IMG/VR virus record: IMGVR_UViG_2706796725_000001
Location: 1 to 64,000 of that record
DNA length: 64,000 nucleotides
Strand: one strand, 5' to 3'
Source: a virus
Lineage: Duplodnaviria > Caudoviricetes
Shown here: positions 51,414-62,300 of the stretch, in pieces
Position numbering within the stretch: the first letter of the stretch is position 1
Layout: each line of letters starts with the position of its first letter
Notes under the pieces: generated by a model
Told to the model about the DNA's origin: nothing
Seen by the model: the letters and a program-made list of their open reading frames with translations, nothing else
Database searches by the model: none
Translations under genes and position numbers: made by a program

Positions 51414-53534
51414 TTAGTCTCCTAGCGTAATACCAAGCACATCCGCATACGCCGGGATTGCGTAATCTGCGATCTGAGCAAAACCAGTCTCACTGGGATG
51501 CACTCCATCCAGCGTGTCGATACCAGCCCATTCCGATGTATCAATAAATATGACGTTCGGATCATCCAGCGCTGTCACAATTTGCTCAATATCTCCGTTT
51601 TGTGATGGCCATGTCTCAGACCCCTCAGGCAAGACGCCACGGCAGAGGACGGTTTTATACTCAGCCAGCAGCAGATTGATTATCGCCAGATAATTGTCTT
51701 TTTTGGTTTGATCCCAGGCTGAGCCTACATCATTGCGTCCAATTGCCAGCACAGCAACGTCAGCCTGATCGTCAGGGATGCGTTGAGCCAGTGCGGCAGG
51801 CAGGCGAGTCAGTAAGTCGGCAATGGTATTACCAGAGACCCCTGAGGTTGATCCTGCATATCCCAGTCGAGCAGCAGCGCGCATAGTATCCACGCGGCCC
51901 AGATCGCCTGTAGACTGAGTAATAGAGTCACCGTACTGGTCCATACGTCCTATTGCATCAAGCGGTAGTAATGACTGATCAGGCGCAACTGCAAAGCCCA
52001 TGCCGCTAGGCCTAGCTGAGTTATCGAGCCACACATTGTAGCTATGCTGGCCTGCTGGAAGTCCTGTAATTGAAACAATCTGTCCAGCCGCAACTGTCTG
52101 ACCAGTCTCAATTTTATCTACTATGGTGCCATCAACTGAGTACCAGACTGTGGGTGCATGTGTGTAGACCTTGATCTCGCTTACATTCTCAGACGTGAAT
52201 CGAATTGTAGGTACTGATGATCCGTTATCTGACGTAGTACCTCTCAGTATTGGCTGGCGTTCAAACCCTGCCACACTACCAATGACCGCTGATGTGATCC
52301 AGTTTGTATCGTCGAATGCATTCAACCAGCTCGGAATAGCGATAGCCGGATCTACACCCGTTACCTCTAGGCACGGCCCTGATTTTGGGAATCCTGAGTT
52401 ATTGCCGTAGGCGTTACCAATTCGGATTTTTACCAGTCTGCGGGACTGTGCGCCTTCAAAAATTTTGAACTTGTTGGGATCAACAACCTCCGGCAAAAAC
52501 TCTGCACCGCCGTCGATTGAAATCAGTAGACGGTTATGGTCAGACGCAGATCCTCCTGCGTATACATACGCCTCAGTGCCGTCGATATAGCCGATCCATG
52601 CAGAGCGTCCGCCAGCCATCAAATATACGCGATTAGCATCCCTGTCGAGATCGACCGGCCCGACAATACCCGACTGAAAATCATCAATGCTCATTGTTAT
52701 AGTTGATGGCTCGGCTGGCTCTTCCGCCTCATTCGTCCGCACAGTCAACGATCCCCACGGCGACCAGTTACCCTGGCCGTCACCAGCACGGACTTCGACC
52801 AAATAATCGGTGTCCGCATCCAGCCCGGTAAACTCAGCCTCAGTGACACTGCTGGTGCCAGCCTCGCCGCCGTTGATGCGTACCTCAAACAGCTCCAGAT
52901 CGTCTGGGTCATCCCAGGACACGATGATCGTCGTATCCGTCTTGCTAACCTCGGTCAGTGTCGGTGGGGTGTACACTGGTATAATAACCTCATCCGTCCT
53001 TACCACCAACACCAAACTCATAGGAGACCAATTCCCTTCACCATCACCAACTCTGGCTGCAAAGCTATACTCCGTATCTGCTTGCAATCCAGTCAAACCC
53101 CAAGTGAACAAACTTCCCTGACTAATCAGCTCGCCATTTTGATACAGTTCAACCTCAGACATACCATCTGGATTAGTTGAGGCTAAGTTAATAGTTGTAG
53201 AAGTCTTGCTAACAACAGATAATACGGGACGTGTTAATCTGCCAGTTGTAATACCAATCGTAGCAAACCGACTCTCCTTACCACCACCTTCAGCCTTAAC
53301 CTGAACACTATTAAGCTGCCCAGACGTTAATCCTGTGAATGTATATTCAAAAATGTTTCCAGAAGCCACTTGAACACCATTACGAAGCACAACATAATTT
53401 GTTGCCCCAGCTACGGCATCCCAAGCAATAGTCGCTTCCGTAATACCTCGGTTAGTGATCCTTGGAGAAGGTCTTGCCAATTTATCTACAGGGAATACTT
53501 GTGGAAATCCCCCTTCACCATAAGGGAATGTCAT
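51414..53534 (-). CDS. Virion-associated FN3-repeat protein with C-terminal SGNH/GDSL esterase
   Basis: Repeated FN3 units ('ATIAWDAV..YVVLRNG', 'SWDDPD..FEVRING..FTGLDADTDYLVEVRA'); SGNH blocks 'YGDSIT', 'GVSG', 'IGRND', 'DGVHP'. Confidence 0.8.
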   Translation of the reverse strand: MTFPYGEGGFPQVFPVDKLARPSPRITNRGITEATIAWDAVAGATNYVVLRNGVQVASGNIFEYTFTGLTSGQLNSVQVKAEGGGKESRFATIGITTGRLTRPVLSVVSKTSTTINLASTNPDGMSEVELYQNGELISQGSLFTWGLTGLQADTEYSFAARVGDGEGNWSPMSLVLVVRTDEVIIPVYTPPTLTEVSKTDTTIIVSWDDPDDLELFEVRINGGEAGTSSVTEAEFTGLDADTDYLVEVRAGDGQGNWSPWGSLTVRTNEAEEPAEPSTITMSIDDFQSGIVGPVDLDRDANRVYLMAGGRSAWIGYIDGTEAYVYAGGSASDHNRLLISIDGGAEFLPEVVDPNKFKIFEGAQSRRLVKIRIGNAYGNNSGFPKSGPCLEVTGVDPAIAIPSWLNAFDDTNWITSAVIGSVAGFERQPILRGTTSDNGSSVPTIRFTSENVSEIKVYTHAPTVWYSVDGTIVDKIETGQTVAAGQIVSITGLPAGQHSYNVWLDNSARPSGMGFAVAPDQSLLPLDAIGRMDQYGDSITQSTGDLGRVDTMRAAARLGYAGSTSGVSGNTIADLLTRLPAALAQRIPDDQADVAVLAIGRNDVGSAWDQTKKDNYLAIINLLLAEYKTVLCRGVLPEGSETWPSQNGDIEQIVTALDDPNVIFIDTSEWAGIDTLDGVHPSETGFAQIADYAIPAYADVLGITLGD

Positions 53535-53788
53535 TGTATCACCTCCACCTCTGTAACTATCAGGGCCACTTTATCCGCCAAAGAACTCGGCAACACTTTA
53601 ATATAAACATTATCTTCACCCGGATAGGCAATATTACCTTTCTCCAAATGTACTGCGGCATCTGGAGTTGGAGCTGTATCTGAATAATGTGCCAATACGC
53701 CATCATTGTTGGCAATTTGAATTCTACCCGGTCCTGATAAAACCAGATGAAATTCATCATCTTTTGGTATTACAACTTCTGTAGTCAT
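53531..53788 (-). CDS. Small hypothetical protein (probably virion-associated)
   Basis: ORF with GAGG RBS, overlaps the FN3 gene start. Confidence 0.55.
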   Translation of the reverse strand: MTTEVVIPKDDEFHLVLSGPGRIQIANNDGVLAHYSDTAPTPDAAVHLEKGNIAYPGEDNVYIKVLPSSLADKVALIVTEVEVIQ

Positions 53789-53925
53789 TAGGAATTCCTC
53801 TAATATGTTGTGAACGTTCAAGCGAATAGGACAATATTAGGGAGAGGACTGTATATACCTGTAAGGCTCTGTATTGTGTTCTGTGACGATTTAACACCAC
53901 CCCATACAATCTCCCTAATTGGCCC

Positions 53926-54249
53926 TTAAAACCTATCAGGAGGCATTCTGAGGGCTTCTGGAGCATCTTTATAATGACTAGGAAGCTGATGCTTATCCCA
54001 TTCAGCCATATAGGATAAATAGCAATGTAATCCCTTATCCCAGAAGAATAGAATATCCAATGCTTCCTGCATCCCTCTCCAAAACCATGTCGTCTCACGT
54101 AATCGCCAACACCTTGCTGAGATTGTTTCGTCAGCATATCCCCAACCATACCCATAATGCTCTTTATCATGTGAAGAGTAGATTAAGCAATTAACAAGCT
54201 GATCTACAGCAATAAATATCTGTCTCAAATACTTCAGGAATGTTCTCAT
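53926..54249 (-). CDS. Conserved phage hypothetical protein next to the lysin
   Basis: 'IAVDQLVN...DETISAR.WR...ID.LFFW..HC' pattern typical of lysis-linked phage ORFs. Confidence 0.6.
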   Translation of the reverse strand: MRTFLKYLRQIFIAVDQLVNCLIYSSHDKEHYGYGWGYADETISARCWRLRETTWFWRGMQEALDILFFWDKGLHCYLSYMAEWDKHQLPSHYKDAPEALRMPPDRF

Positions 54250-54259
54250 CAGAATTTCC

Positions 54260-54949
54260 TCAGCTATTGTAGGCAAGTGCCTTCAGTTTGTTATATTCAG
54301 ATAACGCACGTTCAAATCGTATGCGTCTATCTTCCAGTCCTATTGTACCACCATTAATCTGACGTGTAACTTGAACAATATCTGTTCCCTTAGTCCTTAC
54401 AGAAAAATACCAGCAGGCGGCTTTCATTCCTACATATTTATCTGTAGATAGCAGAGATGGGTTATTGACTAAATCTTCTCCAATAGCTTCACCGCATACT
54501 TGATAATTGTATCGTCCTGTGATCTGCTTTGGGCCTTGTCCACGGTAATCCCAACCATCATTGGGGTGAATGTTTCCTAGATTACGTCTGCCCCAATCTC
54601 CACCGTAAAGGATGTTGGCAAGCATTTGTTGGTTGGCTGGTTGCCCAGCCTTCCTTCCGTATTTATCGGCATCAGCTTCCGAGATACGATGTCTCCCAAA
54701 CAATGATAGTAAAGCCTCTACAGAGTAATTCAGATTCTCTGATAGTCTGTTCATATCATTTGATTCGTGGGCTATCTGAGCAAGGAACATACAGAAACGT
54801 TCATCGTAAATATTCCACTCACGTGTAGACGTGATGATTGGGTCACGCCATTCTTCAATGTTGATACGTGGGGCTGCTGCAAGAATAATCTTATCAATAT
54901 GTTCGTGCATTGGGATCAGGAAATCTGGGGAAGGGGTTTTGTCAGTCAT
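54260..54949 (-). CDS. Endolysin, glycoside hydrolase family 19
   Basis: 'FLAQIAHES', 'ENLNYS', 'DGWDYRGQGPKQITGRYNY', 'VTRQINGG..GLEDR'. Confidence 0.9.
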   Translation of the reverse strand: MTDKTPSPDFLIPMHEHIDKIILAAAPRINIEEWRDPIITSTREWNIYDERFCMFLAQIAHESNDMNRLSENLNYSVEALLSLFGRHRISEADADKYGRKAGQPANQQMLANILYGGDWGRRNLGNIHPNDGWDYRGQGPKQITGRYNYQVCGEAIGEDLVNNPSLLSTDKYVGMKAACWYFSVRTKGTDIVQVTRQINGGTIGLEDRRIRFERALSEYNKLKALAYNS

Positions 54950-54989
54950 AAATTTCTCCTATATCTTATATAGGAGGATTGACAATAAT

Positions 54990-55256
54990 TTAGGGACGTT
55001 TGGTTACATCATCATACGTGGCTAAACCTAGATAGCCTAGAATGATGGAGAAATTCCCACCAATAATCGTGATAGCAATAGAATTGAATTGCTGAAGTAT
55101 TTCTGCCTGAGATGGGTCAAGAAAGAAAGCCGACAGCATGTAGAACAGGATTATCGTTGTATTTGTAATAACGGAAGATATAGTTATTCTACGTCTGACA
55201 TTCCAACGCTTATAATCTCGTTCTAATTCTAATCGGCTTCTTTCTTCTGTGGTCAT
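54990..55256 (-). CDS. Holin candidate (2 TM)
   Basis: Two TM segments, immediately upstream of the endolysin. Confidence 0.6.
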   Translation of the reverse strand: MTTEERSRLELERDYKRWNVRRRITISSVITNTTIILFYMLSAFFLDPSQAEILQQFNSIAITIIGGNFSIILGYLGLATYDDVTKRP

Positions 55257-55844
55257 TATTCAGGCCAGCTTATATTGTCCACCTCTTCTTTAGAGATGGC
55301 GGCAAGAATAGCATCCTTCATCATTCTACCTTTGAATATACATTCACGCTTATGTTCTGCAACCTCTTTAGCGAAGGTGACAAATTCTTCTGGAGCGAAT
55401 GTTATTACAGAATTATCAGCAGCAATCCAACTAACATCTTCATCTGAACCCAGTGATATTTCCAAGGCTTGCCCTAATATATTTTCACGATCTTCTGGAC
55501 GAGTTTGGAATTCTACATCATTGTAGGTGAAGGTGAGCAGTTTGGAGTCACGTAGACTATTTACAGTAGATATTTTAATCTCTTTATACTTGTCAAGGTT
55601 TACACCTATATTAAAACTCATTCGATCTGCCTCCTACACCATCTTTCAAATCGTCATCATCGACTTCCCAAACCTCTTGAGGAATACCTTGTGGGAGGTC
55701 AGAAATGTTTACAATGGCAAAAGGTTTACCTTCTGGGACGTCTTTAACACCCACTTCGAGAATGGAATGATGCTCCAGTGATTCCGATGTAGGAGATAAC
55801 ACTGCTATTTGTCCGTCGTCTTGCTTATAAATTACAACCTTCAT
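55256..55844 (-). CDS. Two tail-fibre assembly/chaperone-like proteins (55256-55621 DUF4376-like; 55611-55844)
   Basis: 'WIAADNSVITF..EEFVTFAKEV..HK...KDAILAA' and 'KDVPEGKPFAIVNISDLP'; downstream of the tail fibre. Confidence 0.65.
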
Positions 55845-55853
55845 ATATTCCTC

Positions 55854-57818
55854 CTACCTGATAACGGTCAAAAGACCCGATCCGTCTCGGAAAGAACTAC
55901 CATTAGTATCATACATCCTAACCTGTACCGATGACGTGGATTGACTTTGAACAGCCGCATCAGAAGCTGTTGTACTTGATGGTAGAACCAACCCTGCTGC
56001 AACTAGAGTGGTGTATGATGTATCTTGCATGGGAGTTATGAAATTAACCGTATAATCCCCTGTACCATTCCTCACAACACTGCTCACATTCCCACTAGCT
56101 CTAATCGTAGGAGGTGTAGTTGTCCCATCAAAATTTACCCATGCCCTACAAGCATATATCGGTGCATCACCTGTAGCATTTAGCGCGGTTTTGACCTCAG
56201 AGCTATTTGCGGTGTTTATCTGTCCGCGTTGCAAGGCTTCAGAATTATTTGTGGCGGAGGGTATAATGGGGGATTCTGTAAATGTTTTAATTCCACCAAC
56301 AGTCTGATCCCCTGTCAACAACACAGCATCAGAAACCGTCCCACCGATCTCAACCCAACCATTTCCATCATATTCTTCAATATATCCGAGCTGAGAATTA
56401 CGCCGGACCATCCCTTCAGATGGCGTTGCGGGTCTTTGTGCGGTGTTTCCAACAGGTAATTGCGCTGCACCTGTTGCGGAAGTCTGTCCAACAAACTCAT
56501 CAGCGTCCCTAGTGACAATATCTCCTAGGTCTGTCTGGTCTGATACATCACCTTGAATATCTCCCCAACTAACCGTTGTCCCAGAAGGATCACCGAAAAT
56601 TAATCCATTACCTGAAGGATTAACCTTAACCAGCTTACCTTCTTGACCGGAGTAATCGGCAGGTGTATCTATTAATGACAAAAAGCTATTAGGGATATTT
56701 TCAAATCGTCCTTCTGTGCTGTTGTAAACTAACGTATCGCCACTACTAAGAGTCTCCAATTCCACCAACTCATCATCATCAAGATTACTTCCCTGACTTA
56801 CCCTCACTAACACTGTACCAACTTGGTGATGGCTATTGATAACAATGGCTACAAGGGTTTTGGTGGCTGGAGCTTCTGGCTTAACATTTGTCAAAGCACC
56901 ATTTCCAGCAGGGCTTGCCCATAGAATATCCCCTTCAGTCCACATGGATGTATTGATGCCCCGCACCTTGCCGAAATGTGTAACATACCCATCAGCACCG
57001 TTGGGAATATCTTCTGTAGCTAGCCCCATAATACGCTTAGATGGAGATGTCCCATCATAAGGAGCTACAAGGATTCGTCCAGAGGCTCCCACTGTACCAA
57101 CAGCCATGACAAGCATACCATCAGTAATAAGAGAGCCGGAATTGTTTGTAACTCTGTAGACAGTTTCTTGACCAAGTTGTAGGGTGACGTTACCACCATT
57201 AAGCCCTAGATCGAGAGTTCCCTCATCATCATTCCAAGCAAATTCTCCCTTGGTAACTTCTTTGGTGGTGGTTGTATCAAAGGCTATGTGGTCAAAGGTT
57301 TTAGTGCCAGTGATGGACTGATCACCTGTTAGCTTGACCACTTCATTATCGTTTGCTTTAAGGTTTATTTGACCTTGTAGGTCTGATACTTCACCTTCTA
57401 CAAAAGATTGATTTGCTTTAGCATTCAAAGCATTCTGCAAGTCTGTTTGGTTAGACAAGCTGCCAGAAATCTGTCCCCAAATAGCCGTCTGATCTGTAAG
57501 CTGCACATACTCAGCACCAGACCAACGGTACATATAACCTGTATCCTCAGCAATATACACTTTCTGAGATTCACCTGTAGGTGGGAAACTTGCAAAGTCT
57601 GGGAATACCAATACTTCCTCAAGAACAGATAAGTCAGGTTTATTGGTTAAGTCATTATAGTCGCCAGATGTGGCAACAGGGGCTAAGGAAGATATGTCAG
57701 CCTTTTCACCCAACATATCTGGTATTGCATCAAAATTATCATTGATAGCGTCCCCACCAGCTTTAATCGTCTGTGTGGTGGTTGGGCTCGTATCGAGTGG
57801 CCTGTTTATGTAGGGCAT
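55854..57818 (-). CDS. Tail fibre / receptor-binding protein
   Basis: Internal repeats 'WG.I.G..S.QTDL' and 'V.LTGDQ...G.KTF'; C-terminal 'ACRAWVNFDG...SGNVSSV...GTGDYTVNF'. Confidence 0.8.
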   Translation of the reverse strand: MPYINRPLDTSPTTTQTIKAGGDAINDNFDAIPDMLGEKADISSLAPVATSGDYNDLTNKPDLSVLEEVLVFPDFASFPPTGESQKVYIAEDTGYMYRWSGAEYVQLTDQTAIWGQISGSLSNQTDLQNALNAKANQSFVEGEVSDLQGQINLKANDNEVVKLTGDQSITGTKTFDHIAFDTTTTKEVTKGEFAWNDDEGTLDLGLNGGNVTLQLGQETVYRVTNNSGSLITDGMLVMAVGTVGASGRILVAPYDGTSPSKRIMGLATEDIPNGADGYVTHFGKVRGINTSMWTEGDILWASPAGNGALTNVKPEAPATKTLVAIVINSHHQVGTVLVRVSQGSNLDDDELVELETLSSGDTLVYNSTEGRFENIPNSFLSLIDTPADYSGQEGKLVKVNPSGNGLIFGDPSGTTVSWGDIQGDVSDQTDLGDIVTRDADEFVGQTSATGAAQLPVGNTAQRPATPSEGMVRRNSQLGYIEEYDGNGWVEIGGTVSDAVLLTGDQTVGGIKTFTESPIIPSATNNSEALQRGQINTANSSEVKTALNATGDAPIYACRAWVNFDGTTTPPTIRASGNVSSVVRNGTGDYTVNFITPMQDTSYTTLVAAGLVLPSSTTASDAAVQSQSTSSVQVRMYDTNGSSFRDGSGLLTVIR

Positions 57819-57883
57819 CTAGGTGTTCCTCTATTGTCCTGTTTATATGTTTGGTAGGACAATAGAGGGGTGTGGATGGGGGG

Positions 57884-58986
57884 TTAAGTTATATCATCAA
57901 AATTTAAGTAGTAAACCTTGGGAGGCGTTATATCATAAACGTTAACTGTAGAAAAAATCTGTAACCAGTTTGGGTCTACTGTAGTGGTTATTCCAGACCC
58001 CCCGCTATCTATGTATTCGGTCCAGAAATATATGGAATTATTTCGTATAAAAGGTATTACCCCTAATGTGTAACCATCTTTAGTGAAATCGTTATCATGT
58101 ATTGTCCCCCCCATCATATATAATTTATTACTAATACTGGGTATGGGGACTATGGTCGGATAACCTTGGTAATTACTGGTAATACTCCTTTGAGGATAAA
58201 AAACAGTTAGAGAGTCTTCTATGGTTATAACCCTATAGTTTGTTGAAAAAACAGCATCGCCCATATTATTGAAAACATTTATCCCATAACCAAAATTAAC
58301 ATCAGATTCGGATGGAATCCTTCCAAATATATACAGCTCAATAGTATTGTACAAGCTGTAGTTACCATAAGTCGAAACCCCAACACTTGTACCATTAAGG
58401 TAATCCTCTCCCCGTGCAGATGACACTGATAAAAAAGGCAACGGTTTGTGGAAAATTAACACATCATCGAAACCTGATAACTCGTCCACGCCTTTAGGGT
58501 TTGTCCCCGGTATAATACTTAAAAATCTTCTCCTGCTATTAAGAGAACCGACCATTTGAAGGTTGTTCACATTGATATTAGATATGTCCACAACAACTTT
58601 AGCTATATAATTAACCATATTTTCATCAGAGGATGATAGAGAAGTCCTTCCATTACCCTTGGTTAAATTTACACCATACATATTAATCATGAACTCCTTA
58701 ATATAAGTAACTCTAAGGTTCTACCAATCCCCACATTAAGTATAGTGGCCGAACTGCCTGAGTAAGTTATCTCAAAACCACCACTTGTCCCTACAAAACC
58801 TATTGCTAAAATAGCTGTAGTAAGTATGAAGATTTTATCTGCTTGAGGGTCATAAGAAGATAGATCAATAACTAAGTCATTACTTGTGGTTGTGAAAACT
58901 TCCCTCCCCACTATTGCATAATTGGTCACTGTCTCCCCCAACATGACACTACCACTGTCATCAAAAACTTGTAAACCGTAGATCAT
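57884..58986 (-). CDS. Two tail-tip accessory proteins (57884-58690, 58687-58986)
   Basis: 'YGLQVFDDSG' and 'YGINVFNNMG' motifs typical of genes following the siphovirus central tail fibre. Confidence 0.6.
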
Positions 58987-58988
58987 TC

Positions 58989-59390
58989 TTAAACCTTATT
59001 TTTTTTAAAACGATAATATTTGATGTTAGGGTTTCCATCAAAATCATTGACTCTTCTTACCAGCTGAAAAGCTGGACAAAGGTCAACATAATATTGGAGA
59101 TACTTAGGGTATAAATGTTTCATTCTTCCTAAATACTTACCTCTGTTATAGAAAGAGACTGCTAAAACACACTCCTCTGGAGTGCAAACCTCCATGAAAC
59201 TATTTATGGTTCTTTCTAATTTGTCTATAGCTTCTAACCTACTGTGCGTGGTCGTGTTGGAGTACCCTACATTTTCCTCCTTTGGTAATTTTTGTTTAGA
59301 ATTCAAATATCTAAATAAGCCGTAACAATCTAGATAAGGGTAATCCCTACCACACTCTTTAAACCTTATATTTTTTAAATCTTCAGGCAT
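58989..59390 (-). CDS. Degenerate NlpC/P60-like protein
   Basis: 'GRDYPYLDCYGLFRYL' matches the start of the gpK-like gene at 63.6-64 kb. Confidence 0.5.
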   Translation of the reverse strand: MPEDLKNIRFKECGRDYPYLDCYGLFRYLNSKQKLPKEENVGYSNTTTHSRLEAIDKLERTINSFMEVCTPEECVLAVSFYNRGKYLGRMKHLYPKYLQYYVDLCPAFQLVRRVNDFDGNPNIKYYRFKKNKV

Positions 59391-62300
59391 TAATCTAACC
59401 TCCCCAACCTAACCCTTAAAACATTATTAGCGTCGTAAACGTCAATTCTCTCATCTGTTATTTCCAACCTACCACCTGTCGCAGCAGACCTCAAAGAGAA
59501 ATTTGCATTATCTAAATCTAACTCTACCAGAGGTTTGTTCTTTGAGTCAACTTGTTGAGACTCAATCTTACCAGCAGTCAGTATCCCCATATTACCAGTA
59601 ATGGCGCTCAGCTCTGTAACATCAAGTTTATCAGCCGTCACAGCCCCTGCTACAATCTTTTCAACCGTTACAGCATTAGCATCCAGCTTATCTGTTGTGA
59701 CAGCATTTGCTCCAATCTTATCGGCTATGACAGCCCCTGCTGCAATCTTACCAGCAGTGATGGCGTTAGCAAATATTTTGGGTGTAGTAATAGCATCATC
59801 CGCAATCTTTGTGGTGGTGATACTGCCATCTTCTATGTCTGCTATAACGCCTTCCCACGTAGTGCCTGTACTATTGAACAGCTCTCCATGTGGAGCTAAG
59901 GATACAATCGCCCCAACAGGGTATAAAGGATTAGGTAATTCAGGAAGTTCTGTTACAAGACGTACAGGAAATACTCCACTAGCCACATCGAACTGGTCAT
60001 AACCTATCTGGTTCAGCAAATCCTGCTTCAAAACGTCTGCATTCGCAGGAGTGGTAACAGAAGCACTTGCTGAGAAATTACTGGGTGTTCCTGTGACAGA
60101 GATGTTCCTAATGAAGTAGTAAAAAGTGTCGCCACCATCAACGGCATCTACAAAGTAATTACCAGTTGTATCCCCAACCTTTACAGCATCTCCTATATCA
60201 TTCGTAAGGCTGCGATATATCTCGGTGAAATCGTGTCCGAAATATGTTGGTTGATCCCAATTTAACTGAACACTTCTGAACAAACCTGTTGCCACCAATC
60301 CTGTAGGTGTGCTGGGAGACAGTATATGCACCTGATTTGTAACATAATCAGAAATATTACCAGCAATATCCTTAGCCCTTACCCAATAAACATATTCCCC
60401 AGCTTCTTCTGAAGCTATTTCAAACAGGGTGGTTTTTATTGTGGTCAATAGAATACTATTCTCTAACCCAGTTCCTGTTTGTGGTGTATTCTTACGAACA
60501 TCGTAATCTTCAATAGGATAGCTGCTAGAAGGTGTTTGCCAAGTGATTCTGGTTTTATCCCTGATCAGCTCAATATCAAGACTTGTAGGTGTACCAACAA
60601 CAGGACTACTTACATTGATCTGTGTAGGCGTATTGCTGTACACACCAAACCGAGTCTTGGCAGAAACATAATACGTCTGACCACCAAGCAAATAACCTAC
60701 ATTGAACACATTACTTGTTGTTCTTGTAACTAACCCAACATCATCACTGAAGTTAACATTGGTACGCAGCTCATAATATTGGAAATCGGCATCTGTTGCC
60801 TGATCCCATTTAATCAATGTGCCATCAAGAGTATGATCAAAGCTGACACCAACGATCTGCTGTGCAGGCAATCCTTCTGGAACCTCTACTGTAGAAATCG
60901 CCGTGAAGGGGCTAAATAGCCTGTTAGAGCCGATTGTTCTGGCTCTTAGCTCATAGGTATCTCCTCTCGTAACATCGCTCACAACGAATTGTGAGGCGTT
61001 CTGAGGCACTTCATAATCAACCCAATCTAATGTTATCTCTGGGTCATCGCTTACACGTCTAACTTGTAACTGATAACCTGTAACCTCATTAATATCAGGA
61101 ACAGCACCAATACTCACGTACATCAGCCCACGGGCAATATCAAATCCAGCCAAACCTACTTGGAACTCAGGTGGTGTTGGAACTTTATAATCAGGACGTT
61201 CTGTTAATCCCGATTCAAACTCGGGGATAAAATCGTCATCAAGTTCAAAGATTTCATTGGCTGCATTGATTAAGGTAAGAACACATACCAAGTCATTTTG
61301 GTATTCAATGTTATCAACGATGCAGTCAAGTGTTTCTCTACCAGCTTCTCCGTAGACGATTAAGTCCCCAACATCTGCACATACAGGAATTGGGTCAGAT
61401 GTTCCCCATGTGTTATCACCTAAGTATGTAGCTGTAATAGTGGAAATGGTTCCATTGGAGCAGCGAATCTGGAAACCATATACCACAACATCGTCGCCAT
61501 TATTCCAAAAAACTTCATCACTATTAAATAGTATAGTTGAGTTGTTCCAAAACACAGTCTCTGCGATTTCTGAAGGCAACCCTTCCATCTCATCTATAAC
61601 TATTTGATTCCCTGTAATAGCCTTAATACGACCACTACCTAATCCAACATCAATCACGTCATTTTGAATACGTACAAGATCACCACGTGTGGCACGTAAA
61701 CCTTCGAAGTCTGTCGTCAGCTTATACACTTCACGTCTTAGCTTGGTTTCATAGTAACCAAACCGTGAATGTTTGTAGGCTAAATCTCTATCAGCAACGC
61801 CCCAGAAATCTACACCTGTAAATCGTCCCCTACGTTCATTTGTAGGGATTGTCAGGTCATAGAATATATCCTCGTCTTTTTGGTAATCTTTCTCTCGGTT
61901 ATCAAACTGAAATTTTATTCCGTCTGTTACTTCTGGATAAGTTCTTGCGGAAGAGAAGTCTCGGCTGTTCTTTGGTGTAAATATTTGAACAGGTGTATAC
62001 CGTGCAATCTTTTCAACCACACCATACCTACCATCAATAAACCCAAACTCAGCACGTCCTGTAAATGCAACTTGCCCCAACTCTTTCAATAAAGTTGATT
62101 CATAATCAATAAGGCTAGAAATCTTCCAACCATCTTGAATGTTTCGATTCCGCCATACAAGCATACCCTCAAGATCTAGTCTGGCATTACGTAATGGGGA
62201 AGCATTCATTGGACCTTGCAGCAGCCAACGATATGCATCAGCAGGATTCTCTGATGGAGTTAGAGTTTTATTCGTCCAGTCTCTCCAATCAACATTCCAA

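Noticed and set aside
59552-60002. + strand ORFs antisense to the tail-tip repeats, and other antisense ORFs in the track
   Set aside because: Shadow frames of a well-supported minus-strand gene, with no RBS or motifs.
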